From: an uncultured Candidatus Saccharibacteria bacterium
Lineage (GTDB): Bacteria; Patescibacteriota; Saccharimonadia; Saccharimonadales; CAYVSP01
Direction of reading: 5' to 3'
DNA: 64,000 nt
Assembly (NCBI GenBank): GCA_964584265.1
Contig: CAZOZI010000002.1
Span: 66,340 to 130,339, forward strand
Shown here: one piece after another, positions 28,811-38,967 of the stretch
How positions within the stretch are numbered: the stretch's first letter is position 1
Layout of the letters: each line of letters begins with the position of its first letter
Notes under the pieces: generated by a model
The model's database searches: none
Seen by the model: only the letters and a program-made list of their open reading frames with translations
What the model was told of the DNA's origin: nothing
Translations under genes and position numbers: made by a program

Positions 28811-30034
28811 TTACCAATACCCATGGGATTGCCAATAGGCATATGCTCCGCCCCAGCCGCCAAATTTGCTAGCATAGCCGCTAAAATGTCTCAGTTGGCA
28901 AACCGGATCAACATCCCAATTAGGACAGGCGTTTATGAGAACACTGCCGGGGCAGCGTTGTCCCAGACCCAAACAACCACTGCCATTGCGCGCACCTGCG
29001 TGCCAGTTGGACTCACGACTAATAATATAGTTAACGTAACTGTAATCGCCTTGAGATATCCCAGCGGCCGCCATAATACCAGTTTTGTCGTTTGGTATGT
29101 CTACAAATGAACCTTCAGCAACAATTTGTGTGACCGCTTCCTGAACGGTAACTTCTTGGATGATTTGACGTTGTCCGTCTGGATTATTAATGAAAGTAAC
29201 GAGCTTCTTGCCCGGCGACCCGGCTTGGCGTACGACCCTCGTTCCGTAAGACAACGAGTTATCTTTAATAGTTTTAACAGGTGTTGGAATAGCTTGTTCC
29301 TCCGTTAAAAGCTGTGTGCCCTTTCGCAAAATAAAGACCTGTTGGTTAGCTGTAATAGTTGACGCAACAGCCGGCTGCACCGTATCCCCGCCCTCCAGCT
29401 TAATGTTCTTTTCCTTTAATAGATCGCCAACCGTGCCGGTTTGTGTCCGAACCTGGGCAGGCGTTCCGTATATATTAAGAGTAAGTGGAGTGGCCCGTCT
29501 TATGGAAACCTTAGCCGTAATACCGTCTTTAATAAAATCATCAGCCGGTGCCACACTAACTCTATCCTCTGGATATAGCGTAACGCCAGCTTGCTCAGCG
29601 ATAGTACGTGGCGTGGTGGCCGCTGTTAATGAAAACATTTGATGTTTGCCTTCAACAATAGTGATCGGCCTGGCTCGGTAGACATTGATCTTAAAGTTGT
29701 CCTCGGGAATAATCGTACTGGCTGAAGGTTCAACAACGTCGCCTTCATTCACCACAATGCCAAGCCGCTGTAAAAGCTCGCCGACTGTCTTTGCCCTAGT
29801 GGGAATAGTTTCTGTTTTCTTGTCGTGCGACAGAATTACAATATGAGCATCACTGGGTTCAACGGTGTGCCCGTTAAAAGCCACAAAAGCAAAAGCCGTC
29901 AAAAAAAATAAGCAAAGGAAAGTTATAACAGGAACAACAAAAGGATGCTTTCTTAACTGCAACCAGCGATGATGCCTGGCCCTTAACTTGGCCAGACGTT
30001 TAGTTTTATGAATAAACCTAATGCGCTTAGGCAC
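28811..30034 (-). CDS. Cell-wall protein with DUF348-like repeats, a G5-like domain and a C-terminal Cys-rich transglycosylase-like domain (RpfB/YabE-type architecture)
   Basis: 407 aa with a GTG start and an N-terminal TM. It has repeated V..GTVGDLL-type modules and a C-terminal IISRESNWHAGARNGSGCLGLGQ. Confidence 0.6.
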   Translation of the reverse strand: MPKRIRFIHKTKRLAKLRARHHRWLQLRKHPFVVPVITFLCLFFLTAFAFVAFNGHTVEPSDAHIVILSHDKKTETIPTRAKTVGELLQRLGIVVNEGDVVEPSASTIIPEDNFKINVYRARPITIVEGKHQMFSLTAATTPRTIAEQAGVTLYPEDRVSVAPADDFIKDGITAKVSIRRATPLTLNIYGTPAQVRTQTGTVGDLLKEKNIKLEGGDTVQPAVASTITANQQVFILRKGTQLLTEEQAIPTPVKTIKDNSLSYGTRVVRQAGSPGKKLVTFINNPDGQRQIIQEVTVQEAVTQIVAEGSFVDIPNDKTGIMAAAGISQGDYSYVNYIISRESNWHAGARNGSGCLGLGQRCPGSVLINACPNWDVDPVCQLRHFSGYASKFGGWGGAYAYWQSHGYW

Positions 30035-30138
30035 GCTCCTCTACCTTTCCCTCAAGCTGAACCCTCTAAAAAATATCAACATTCGCAACTTAAAAACCAG
30101 CGTCCAGTGTAACAAATTTCAGGGGTAAAAGCTATTAA

Positions 30139-32265
30139 CTATAGCTTTTCTAGTGGTGCAAATGCAGCATTGAGCTTTTTAGTGCCCTTGCCCTTGAAAT
30201 AGATAGTTATATTCTCACCTTCAACTTCTACAACCCGACCAGCCCCAAATAGTTTGTGGCGAACTTGATCGCCTTCGCTTAGCTCAGGCGTGTAAGCTGG
30301 TTCTTGATTTGCTTCATCATAGTGGTATATATCAGTTTCAAAAGCCATGCTTTGACTAGTAGGTTCAATTTCACTAAGAAACCTCGAGGGTGGGTTGTGT
30401 TGCGAGCTGCCATACAGCATGCGCAGATTGGCTTGAATAAGATAAAGCTCCTCTCTAGCCCGAGTCATGCCGACATAACACAGCCGTCGCTCTTCTTCCA
30501 TTTCGCCTTCGTCATATAGCGCTCTGGAATGCGGGAATATAGTTTCTTCCATGCCAGTCATAAATACTACCGGAAATTCCAAGCCTTTAGCCGCGTGCAA
30601 GGTCATAAGCGTCACGGCATTATTGCCAAAACTAGCTTCATCAATATCGCTAATCAATGAAACTTCCTCCAAAAAACCCGCCAGTCCAATGTCTTCATAT
30701 GATCTGGCTACACTTAACAGTTCACGGACGTTCTCTTGCCTGGCCTCGCCTTGGGGCGTGCCATCAGACAGATAGTCAAGATAGCCAAGTCGCCGGATCA
30801 AGCTGTCCAATAGACCAGTCAAGCTAGCTTCTTCAATAAGCTCATGAAACTTGGTTATAAGCTCGCCAAGTTCAAACAATGCTTTTTGGGCTTTAGGGGT
30901 TAACTCAGCACACTGCTCGGCCGATAAAAGCGCTGCATGTAAACCTTGATTTGTGTCTGTTTGAAAGCGCGAGAATACCTCTAGTGACTTTGGCCCAAGA
31001 CCACGAGTTGGCACATTAACAATACGTTGAAAACTAGCGCCATCTTCTGGTTGGTAAATCAAGCGCAGGTAGGCTACCAGATCTTTAATTTCTTTGCGCT
31101 CATAAAAACGCACGCTCCCAACAATACGATATGGTACTCCGTAGCGGATAAAACTCTCTTCTATAGAGCGGCTCTGGGCGTTTGTGCGATATAACACCGC
31201 AAAATCTTCATAGGTTCGCACTTTTATATCAGTGGTATTACGAATCCGCTGCACAATTGCCTCTGCTTCAGCTCGCTCACTATGCACTTGCATTATTTGG
31301 ACCGGCAAGCCATGGTCGGCTTCAGTCCACAACTTTTTATCTGAGCGCTGTAAGTTTTTGGTAATCACAGCGTGAGCAGCATCCAAAATATGCTTGGTGC
31401 TGCGATAGTTCTGCTCCAATTTAATTATGGTAGCCTTGGGATAATCTTTCTCAAAATTAAGAATATTGCGAAAGTCAGCACCTCGCCAACTGTAGATTGA
31501 TTGCCAATCATCACCAACTACTGCGATATTGTGCGCGGGATTGGTCAGCAATTTAATCAGTTTATACTGGGCTGCATTAGTATCTTGATATTCATCTATC
31601 AAAATGTAGCGAAACTGCGTTTGCCACTTGCTGCAGATTTGTTTCTGGGAGTCTAGCAAGTGGACTGTGCGGCCAATTAGATCATCAAAATCAAGTGCAT
31701 TGGAGGCACGCAGGATTTTTTCGTACTCAGGATAAACAAGTGCTGCAGCTCGTTCGGCTGGACTACTTTGCAGGCTGGCGTACTGAGTTGGTGTAACAAG
31801 TTCATTTTTGGCACTGCTAATAAGGGTGGCTAGCAAGCGCGGTGGGAAGCTCTTTTCATCAATATGTAATTGTTTGACGGCTTGTTTAACAGCGGCAAGG
31901 CGATCAGCTTCGTCAAAAATAACAAAGTTACGTGGGACACCAATATGTTCGCCGTCTTGCCTTAAAAGTCGTACACAAATGGAGTGAAAGGTTCCCATGA
32001 AAGGCATAAAACTACGGTTGTCGGCTCGCTCACTTAAAAGAGTGGCAACGCGTTCACGCATTTCACGAGCTGCCTTGTTGGTGAATGTGACAGCCAGAAT
32101 ATTGAATGATGTGGCTTTTTGGCTGGCAATTAGATAGGCAATCCGGTGTGTAAGTGTTTTAGTTTTACCACTACCAGCGCCAGCTAAAATAAGCAGTGGC
32201 CCTCCAGTCGATTCAACCGCGCGGCGTTGTTCGGGATTCAAACCAACCAAAACGTCTTTTAACAC
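30139..32265 (-). CDS. pcrA: ATP-dependent DNA helicase PcrA/UvrD
   Basis: 708 aa with Walker A AGAGSGKT and UvrD-family motifs. GTG start. Confidence 0.9.
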   Translation of the reverse strand: MLKDVLVGLNPEQRRAVESTGGPLLILAGAGSGKTKTLTHRIAYLIASQKATSFNILAVTFTNKAAREMRERVATLLSERADNRSFMPFMGTFHSICVRLLRQDGEHIGVPRNFVIFDEADRLAAVKQAVKQLHIDEKSFPPRLLATLISSAKNELVTPTQYASLQSSPAERAAALVYPEYEKILRASNALDFDDLIGRTVHLLDSQKQICSKWQTQFRYILIDEYQDTNAAQYKLIKLLTNPAHNIAVVGDDWQSIYSWRGADFRNILNFEKDYPKATIIKLEQNYRSTKHILDAAHAVITKNLQRSDKKLWTEADHGLPVQIMQVHSERAEAEAIVQRIRNTTDIKVRTYEDFAVLYRTNAQSRSIEESFIRYGVPYRIVGSVRFYERKEIKDLVAYLRLIYQPEDGASFQRIVNVPTRGLGPKSLEVFSRFQTDTNQGLHAALLSAEQCAELTPKAQKALFELGELITKFHELIEEASLTGLLDSLIRRLGYLDYLSDGTPQGEARQENVRELLSVARSYEDIGLAGFLEEVSLISDIDEASFGNNAVTLMTLHAAKGLEFPVVFMTGMEETIFPHSRALYDEGEMEEERRLCYVGMTRAREELYLIQANLRMLYGSSQHNPPSRFLSEIEPTSQSMAFETDIYHYDEANQEPAYTPELSEGDQVRHKLFGAGRVVEVEGENITIYFKGKGTKKLNAAFAPLEKL

Positions 32266-32303
32266 TTAGCTATTTTAGCAATAATAGTGCGTTTCTTAGT
32301 TAC

Positions 32304-32909
32304 TTAGCTACTCATCAAGAGCCAGATTGTAATAACAGCAATGAGCCCTGCGCCACCTAAACCAATAAGTATCAGTCGAACATTACGGCGCTGCTTAACT
32401 TCGCCAATATGCACTACATAAGCTTTGCTTTCAATGAGTTTCTGAGTAGCTGCCTGTCGCGCTTTTTCCTCTTGGCTCATTTGTTCCAGCTTGTCGGCTG
32501 CATTAGTCTTGTCGGTTTTTTTCGAAGATTCAACAGCGTCTGGTACAGTTTCGTCAGGAACTGGTTTATCTTTGTCAGTTTCTGTATTCTCTGGGGTTTT
32601 TGCGTCTGGCGTTGCACTGTCTTTTTGTGGGGTAGATGATCCACTATGTTCTGTTGTCTCAGAAGAAATCGGTACGACACTTTTGCCTTCATGAGGCGCA
32701 AGGCTCTGTTCTTCAGGTGGTTTGCCTAACAAGGTGCCGCTTTGCTCACCGTTTTTTTTGCTATCCAATGTAGCTGAGGCTGATGGTGTAACCATAGGGT
32801 CATCTATCATTTTTTTGTGGCCGACAATAACTGGGCGTGATGTCGAGGATGGCTCACTTTTGCCCGGTTTGGCGACATCAAATACCCGCTCATCATCATT
32901 TTTTGCCAT
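32304..32909 (-). CDS. Hypothetical low-complexity protein with a C-terminal TM anchor
   Basis: 201-aa ORF that overlaps the tpiA stop by 14 nt. Confidence 0.5.
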   Translation of the reverse strand: MAKNDDERVFDVAKPGKSEPSSTSRPVIVGHKKMIDDPMVTPSASATLDSKKNGEQSGTLLGKPPEEQSLAPHEGKSVVPISSETTEHSGSSTPQKDSATPDAKTPENTETDKDKPVPDETVPDAVESSKKTDKTNAADKLEQMSQEEKARQAATQKLIESKAYVVHIGEVKQRRNVRLILIGLGGAGLIAVITIWLLMSS

Positions 32910-33708
32910 GGCTCACCTCTTTTACCCGGTTTAAAGTACGTTCAGCTGCCGCAACAATGCCACTAAATTCGTGATAATTGAGGCTGGCACCGCCAGGTAG
33001 CAAGCCATCCACTCCCGCTACATTCAAATATCCAGCAGCGTTGTCAGCATCACTGCTGCCACCATAGAGTACACGCACACGCCTCGCTGCTTTCTCACCA
33101 TAAAGCTCACTAATATGATGACGGATGAGACTCGTGACCTTTTCGACTTCATCGGGTTTAGCTATCGCATGATGCGCATAATCTGTACCGCTGCTGATAG
33201 CCCATACCGGCTCATACGCTACAACTAAATCTTCAATTTCTTGAGATGTTAGATTGCTCACGGCCGTGGTGAGTTGATCATGGATAACCCGGCTGGTCTC
33301 GCCCATCATTTTTTCGCTTTTGGTTTCACCTATGCAGAGAATTGGCGTGATGTCATTGCGAAATGCGGCTGCCACTTTTTCACTAATCGTACGTAAACTT
33401 TCACCAAAAACATGCCGGCGCTCAGAGTGTCCGACAAGTGCGTAATGAGCAATCTCCCGGAGCATATTGAATGACACTTCGCCCGTATAGGCACCCTCAT
33501 CCTTAAAATAAGCGTTTTGGGCACATAGGCGAAACTTGTGGCGATCAATCTGCACACTTAGCGGCTGTAGAGCCAGCATGCTTGGCGCCAACACAACCTC
33601 AATCTGCCGATGGGTTTTAATGTGTTGGTCAAGCCGGTGTGCCAGCAAACTGGACTGAGCCACGCTCAAGTGCATTTTCCAGTTACCCACAATTAATATC
33701 TTACGCAT
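32896..33708 (-). CDS. tpiA: Triosephosphate isomerase
   Basis: N-terminal VGNWKMH, catalytic-region GHSERR, 270 aa. Confidence 0.92.
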   Translation of the reverse strand: MRKILIVGNWKMHLSVAQSSLLAHRLDQHIKTHRQIEVVLAPSMLALQPLSVQIDRHKFRLCAQNAYFKDEGAYTGEVSFNMLREIAHYALVGHSERRHVFGESLRTISEKVAAAFRNDITPILCIGETKSEKMMGETSRVIHDQLTTAVSNLTSQEIEDLVVAYEPVWAISSGTDYAHHAIAKPDEVEKVTSLIRHHISELYGEKAARRVRVLYGGSSDADNAAGYLNVAGVDGLLPGGASLNYHEFSGIVAAAERTLNRVKEVSHGKK

Positions 33709-33736
33709 AATTCTTACGGTTATTGTAATACCTTTG

Positions 33737-35035
33737 CTACCGTTTATCCATGAGCGCTTCCACGCCCGGTAATTTTTTACCAGCCATTAATTCCAAACTG
33801 GCGCCACCGCCTGTTGAGACATGATTAAAACAATCAGTCATACGACGCTGTTCAATGTAAGCCACTGTGTCACCACCTCCAATCAGACTAAATGGACGGT
33901 GGCCATATTGACCAAATAAAGCGTCCATAACCAGCTCTGTACCATGAGCAAACGGACCAACTGGACCATGCAACGAGTCCACTTCCGTAACACCCATAGT
34001 GCCATTCCATATAACCGTGTTGCAGAGCTGCATAGCACCGGCAATAAAAGCCCCACTAAAGGGTCCGGTGTCTAGAATCATCTCATCTGAGGCGATAGTG
34101 GCGCTGGAACGTGGTGGACGTTTGGGATAATTCTCTACATCTGCAATAACGTGAGCGTCCCAGTCTACTATACGGGTCTTGGTATGTTCGGCTGCACGCG
34201 AGGCCACCACGCCGTCTTGCGGTAAGTAGAAAATAAAATGTTGTTTCTTGGCTTTGGCCCGGGCTTTATCCAAAATGTCTTTGGCCAAAGGTAGGTCGGT
34301 CTTATCTGCCTTGCTTGCACCAATGGCAATATGCTCGGCCAATAAGAACGTGTTAGCCATGGCGCCACCAATAGCTACTACGTCAGCCAGTTCAATAAAA
34401 CGCCTTAATAGAGCAAGCTTATCAGCAATTTTCGCGCCGCCAATAATTGCCATGAGCGGACGTTTAGGGTTCTCCATAACTTCAGTAATGGTGTCTACTT
34501 CTTGTTCTAGCAATAGTCCAGCCACACTAGGCATGTAGGACGTCATGCCCACAATTGAAGCATGGGAACGATGTGCCACACCAAAACAATCCTGCACAAA
34601 GACAGCCGCGTGGCTATCCGTTGCCAACCTTTTTGCAAATTCTTTATCGTTGACTTCTTCTTCGGGATGAAAGCGCACATTTTCAAGCATGGCAATCTGC
34701 CCCGGTTTTAGTTTTGCAGTCTGCTTGTTCACTTCAGGTCCAACGCAGTTGGCAATAAAGTCAACCGGCCGCTTCAATAATTGGCTCAAATGTTTGGCAA
34801 CCGGACGAAGACTATAGGCTTGGTCTATTTTGCCTTCAGGCCTGCCTAGGTGTGAAGTAATTACAATGCTGCATTTTTTATCGAGCAAATACTCAATGGT
34901 GGGCAAAGATTTTTGCATCCGGTAATCGTCAGCAATCTTGCCATCTTCATCTAACGGCACGTTATAGTCAGCTCGCAAAAGTACTTGTTTGCCTTTGAGT
35001 TCTATGTCTCGAATTGTCTTTTTATGAAACGCCAC
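33737..35035 (-). CDS. pgk: Phosphoglycerate kinase
   Basis: 432 aa with VLLRADYNVP near the N-terminus. GTG start. Confidence 0.92.
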   Translation of the reverse strand: MAFHKKTIRDIELKGKQVLLRADYNVPLDEDGKIADDYRMQKSLPTIEYLLDKKCSIVITSHLGRPEGKIDQAYSLRPVAKHLSQLLKRPVDFIANCVGPEVNKQTAKLKPGQIAMLENVRFHPEEEVNDKEFAKRLATDSHAAVFVQDCFGVAHRSHASIVGMTSYMPSVAGLLLEQEVDTITEVMENPKRPLMAIIGGAKIADKLALLRRFIELADVVAIGGAMANTFLLAEHIAIGASKADKTDLPLAKDILDKARAKAKKQHFIFYLPQDGVVASRAAEHTKTRIVDWDAHVIADVENYPKRPPRSSATIASDEMILDTGPFSGAFIAGAMQLCNTVIWNGTMGVTEVDSLHGPVGPFAHGTELVMDALFGQYGHRPFSLIGGGDTVAYIEQRRMTDCFNHVSTGGGASLELMAGKKLPGVEALMDKR

Positions 35036-35045
35036 CCTATTATAC

Positions 35046-36476
35046 CTATAATACTCTTACCTTTATTGTATCAGTTGTGCCGACCACGCCAGGATATTTT
35101 CCAGAGGCCGTTACAATAATGTCACCTTTAGCGAGCACCTTGTTCTTCTGCAGCCAATTGGTGAGTTTAGTGGCCGCTAATCTATCAGCCGGCCGTACAT
35201 AGCTTTTAGTGCCATATGCAAGGGCCAGCTGTTGCGCAGTCCGTGCATCAGTCGTGACCGCAATTATAGAAATGACTGGGCGATGCGCGGCAATTTGCCG
35301 AGCGGTCGCTCCCGATTTTGTCTCAGCTACAATCGCTTTCGCACCTATGCTCTCTGCCAAAGTAATGGTAGCAGCCGAAATTGCTCTGGAGTAGTTTGAC
35401 TGCGCATCATCCAAAAAGTCTATTTCGACCACATGATTAGACTCTATGTAGTTAATAACACGCTTCATGACTTCGACGGTTTGGATAGCATGTTGGCCAT
35501 TAGCGGTTTCATCGCTCAACATCAAACAGTCAGTGCCTAAAATAACGGCGGTGGCTATATCTGACACCTCAGCTCTGGTGGGTTCAGATTCATGTATCAT
35601 GCTGGCCAGCATCTGCGTAGCAACGATAGTGGGTTTAGCTAATCTCAAGCCCAAAGCGATCACCTTACGTTGCACAACTGGGACGGATTCAGGTGAAGTT
35701 TCGGTCGCTAGATCACCCCGGGCTACCATAAGCACATCAGCTTCATCCGCAATCTCATCAAGCTGTTCAACCGCTGCCTTAGTTTCAATTTTAGCGATAA
35801 TTTTAGCGTGGCTGCCAAGATTGTGTAGTTTTTCGCGCAGTTTACGAACATCGCTCGGCGTTTGTACAAAGCTCATTGCCACATAATCAATATCATGCGA
35901 TGAACCAAATGACAGATCTTTTAGGTCTTTATCCGTCAAAATATCACCTTTAAGATCAGTGTCAGGTAGATTGATGCCTTTACGCTTCACTAGCACGCCG
36001 TCATTGTCCGCTGTCGCGTGGACCAATCCATCTTTAACACTGGTAATAGCGGTGCGTACTTTGCCATCAAATATGTACAAACGCTCGCCACGCTTCACTT
36101 TTTTACTTAAGTCATACTGTGTTGGTACAACCCCACTGCTCTCGTAGTCAGCTTCAAAGCCAAAGCGCAAAGTTTGACCTTTTTGCACTGGAATAACGCC
36201 ATCAAAATCTCCAAGGCGAATTTTTGGGCCTTGTAGATCCTGCACAATTGCAACAGGTTTGCCATACTCACGACTAGCCTTTCGAATCCATTTTATTTGT
36301 TGGGTGCGCACCTCATAAGTATCATGGCTAAAATTAAGGCGCAGGCCGTTTGCGCCGGCTTTAATCAACCCCAAAATAGCTTCATAACTATTGGTGGCCG
36401 GTCCAATGGTAGCCAGAATTTTAGTTCTTTTAAACTGAGCAACAGGAACATTGGGTATACGATCAGTCACATCCAT
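35046..36476 (-). CDS. pyk: Pyruvate kinase
   Basis: 476 aa with the TKILATIGPA N-terminus and the MVARGDL motif. Confidence 0.92.
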   Translation of the reverse strand: MDVTDRIPNVPVAQFKRTKILATIGPATNSYEAILGLIKAGANGLRLNFSHDTYEVRTQQIKWIRKASREYGKPVAIVQDLQGPKIRLGDFDGVIPVQKGQTLRFGFEADYESSGVVPTQYDLSKKVKRGERLYIFDGKVRTAITSVKDGLVHATADNDGVLVKRKGINLPDTDLKGDILTDKDLKDLSFGSSHDIDYVAMSFVQTPSDVRKLREKLHNLGSHAKIIAKIETKAAVEQLDEIADEADVLMVARGDLATETSPESVPVVQRKVIALGLRLAKPTIVATQMLASMIHESEPTRAEVSDIATAVILGTDCLMLSDETANGQHAIQTVEVMKRVINYIESNHVVEIDFLDDAQSNYSRAISAATITLAESIGAKAIVAETKSGATARQIAAHRPVISIIAVTTDARTAQQLALAYGTKSYVRPADRLAATKLTNWLQKNKVLAKGDIIVTASGKYPGVVGTTDTIKVRVL

Positions 36477-36539
36477 ACTTCTTATAAGTGTACTTGCTTA
36501 TGCTTACAAGAGGCAAGTTTTATACAGATTAAGAAGTAC

Positions 36540-36614
36540 TGGTGACCTCAAGGGGAATCGAACCCCTATTGCCAGGATGAAAACCTGGTGTCCTAACCGT
36601 TAGACGATGAGGCC
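36540..36614 (-). tRNA. tRNA-Glu (anticodon UUC), CCA encoded
   Basis: Hand-folded from GGCCTCATCGTCTAACGGTTAGGACACCAGGTTTTCATCCTGGCAATAGGGGTTCGATTCCCCTTGAGGTCACCA. Confidence 0.9.
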
Positions 36615-36875
36615 AGAATGACCGCGCTAGTGTACCATAACAGAGGTGAAAAAGAAATCCCCGCTACGTTTTTGCGGGGATTTATTAGGGGGCCCCACGA
36701 CGAGAGGATTCGTCGTGGGGTAAAGCGAAAGAATTGTTGGAGGCTGAATGTAAAACGACTTCCGTCGTTTAACGGAAGCCGAAATACAATTTTGAGCTGC
36801 GGTCAGTCTTTGCTCTTTTGAACTAGATTTATACTAGCACAATTTTGTTTTTTTGGCTAGTTAGTTTTCCACAAG

Positions 36876-37505
36876 TTAACGCATTCGACGCAACACAACT
36901 GTACGATAGCCAAGCGCACCTGCCACGGTGACAATGGCAAATAGTCCAGCTATATTACCAGATCCAGTATTGACTAGAGTGGTAGGTGTTGTTGATGTGG
37001 CTGTAGGGGTTATAGGAGGCGCACATTGCAGGCCATCACCACCCAAAGTAGCATTTAACATGGAACCAGGTTCGTCTAGTGGTAGGTGACCATTTTTACC
37101 AGTTGGCTTTGCTCCCAAGCTCAGATCCACTTGGTAAAAACACTTTGGCACATTGACCGTCATATTGTACGTGCCGGGCGTAATTTCTCTTAATCTAGTA
37201 AAGTCAAATAGTACTTGGTCTTCGACTGGGAATGGGTTGCCGGCTGGATGAGGAACTATGAACGAAGCAAACACAATATCTTTAATACACTTGTCGTCAC
37301 CCTCTATTTTGAATCCAATGCTAACTGTGTCACCTTTGTCATTAGTACCTTTTACGAAACCTTCTCCACGCTTGCCCGCTAGTATGACCTTACAGTTTGG
37401 TGTGTCACCATTTGCAGCCGATACATGTGCTGAGGCGCCAACACCTACTGCTAAGACCACTCCTAAAGCGAGACCTAAAATTATGTTACGTACTTTCATA
37501 AACAT
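36876..37505 (-). CDS. Sortase-anchored surface protein (LVNTG sorting signal), paralog family S
   Basis: 209 aa with a signal peptide and a conserved domain (GDTPNCKV...NVPKCFYQVDLSLG...NGHLP). The C-terminus is LVNTG, a hydrophobic helix, then RRMR. Confidence 0.7.
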   Translation of the reverse strand: MFMKVRNIILGLALGVVLAVGVGASAHVSAANGDTPNCKVILAGKRGEGFVKGTNDKGDTVSIGFKIEGDDKCIKDIVFASFIVPHPAGNPFPVEDQVLFDFTRLREITPGTYNMTVNVPKCFYQVDLSLGAKPTGKNGHLPLDEPGSMLNATLGGDGLQCAPPITPTATSTTPTTLVNTGSGNIAGLFAIVTVAGALGYRTVVLRRMR

Positions 37506-37565
37506 TTAACCTTTCCTATCCCACCGTACACAACCTACTCCAACGGAGTTTATATAATATAAGCT

Positions 37566-37593
37566 ATTTTATCATATTAATCATCAGAGTCAA
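37566..37593 (-). promoter_or_regulatory. Putative sigma70-type promoter of 36876-37505
   Basis: On the minus strand: TTGACT, a 16-nt spacer, then TGATAAAAT (extended -10). The upstream block GCTTGTGCTTTAATA is shared with 38852-38892. Confidence 0.45.
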
Positions 37594-37794
37594 TACTTTT
37601 TATAACATTTTCTATTAAAGCACAAGCGTTTTATAGATACCATTAATTACACTTATTCCATTAATTACGTGAAGTTGTTTATTGAGAACGCTCGTGGCCA
37701 ATGGATTGTCAAGCGGTCTGTAAACTAATTTACCTTGGCATATTTCTGTGATTCGCTATCAGTTAGAATTGACTAAATTAGCTGTTTGCCCGCA

Positions 37795-38763
37795 CTAGCG
37801 CTTGGCAAATTTGCGAAGGAAATAGAATTTGTGCCACAGAGCACCACCAATAGCCGCGGCCGTAAAGATGCCCGCGATATCTTCGGCCCCCGTATCAGTT
37901 AGGGTTGTTGTGCTACTGGCTGTAGTAGTCACTGGAGTGGAAGTGGGTGGAGGTGTTGTAATAGTCTTGGTTTTGAAGTTGACAACTCTTACACACTTAT
38001 TCTTGTCAGACACCCATTTAGTATCACCATTGGCAAATTTGATATGTACGCTGCCAACGACGGTGAATGGACCATTACTGCTGTATTTGTGAGTATCGCT
38101 CTGCTTGAAGCTTACTTCGTTATTCTCATCCCAAGCAATTTTGTAGCCAATGATTTGGGCGTTATGGACTTCACCATTCACTTTGGCACTTACAGTGCGC
38201 TCTTCTTTGTTAACAAAAGCTACATCTAGGCTGCTACAAACACCGGTTGAAGGCGGAGGTGGTGGTGGATTGGGTGCACAATCTAGACCGTTACCACCTA
38301 CGTAAGCGTTTAACAAACGTCCTGGTTCGTAGGGCAGGTGGCCATTAGGACCAGTTGGGTTTAACCCCAAGGCAAGGTCAACCTGGTAAAAACACTTCGG
38401 CACGTTAACAGTCATTTTGTATGTGCCAGGGCTGGCATTCTCAAGCTTAGATGCACCAAATAACATCTGATCCTCAAGTGGATATGGGTTGCCGTCTTGA
38501 TGTGGGATAGTAAAGGCAGCAAGCACAAAATTCTTATGGCAGTTGCTATCACCTCGTACTATAAAATCTATGCTGATCGTATCGCCTTTAGAATTAGTTC
38601 CCTTAACGAACCCTTGACCAAGACCTTGCTCGATAAATTGGCAGGTTGGTGTGTCGCCAGGTGAAGCAGCAACATGTGACTTGACCGCAAAACCAACCAC
38701 CAAAGCTAAGCCTAAAACCAAACCTAAAACTAAGTTATGTGTTCTTCCTAAACCTTTGGCCAT
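37795..38763 (-). CDS. Sortase-anchored surface protein (LTDTG sorting signal), paralog family S with an extra domain
   Basis: 322 aa with the same N-terminal domain as 36876-37505 and 50276-50917. It also has a poly-Pro linker, an extra beta domain, and LTDTG followed by a TM helix and a basic tail. Confidence 0.7.
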   Translation of the reverse strand: MAKGLGRTHNLVLGLVLGLALVVGFAVKSHVAASPGDTPTCQFIEQGLGQGFVKGTNSKGDTISIDFIVRGDSNCHKNFVLAAFTIPHQDGNPYPLEDQMLFGASKLENASPGTYKMTVNVPKCFYQVDLALGLNPTGPNGHLPYEPGRLLNAYVGGNGLDCAPNPPPPPPSTGVCSSLDVAFVNKEERTVSAKVNGEVHNAQIIGYKIAWDENNEVSFKQSDTHKYSSNGPFTVVGSVHIKFANGDTKWVSDKNKCVRVVNFKTKTITTPPPTSTPVTTTASSTTTLTDTGAEDIAGIFTAAAIGGALWHKFYFLRKFAKR

Positions 38764-38828
38764 ATGTGCTCCCTCCTTAAATCTTCCCCTAAGTCCACTC
38801 CAAAATAGAGGAATTAGCTATGACTTTA

Positions 38829-38857
38829 ATTCTGCAATCATAGATTATAAAAGTCAA
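38829..38857 (-). promoter_or_regulatory. Putative promoter of 37795-38763
   Basis: On the minus strand: TTGACT, a 17-nt spacer, then CAGAAT. It shares the conserved upstream block with 37588-37630. Confidence 0.35.
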
Positions 38858-38967
38858 TACTTTTCATAATATTTTTATTAAAGCACAAGCGTAATAGAAT
38901 CGCAGCGATATTTCCGGCACATTATTCATAATGTGAAGGAAATTTACTCATAGATTAGCTTTGCTAT

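Noticed and set aside
36618-36821. A 67-aa plus-strand ORF between tRNA-Glu and the surface-protein gene
   Set aside because: The region consists of three consecutive strong hairpins, and the translation is Arg/Gly-rich with no start context. It is treated as non-coding.
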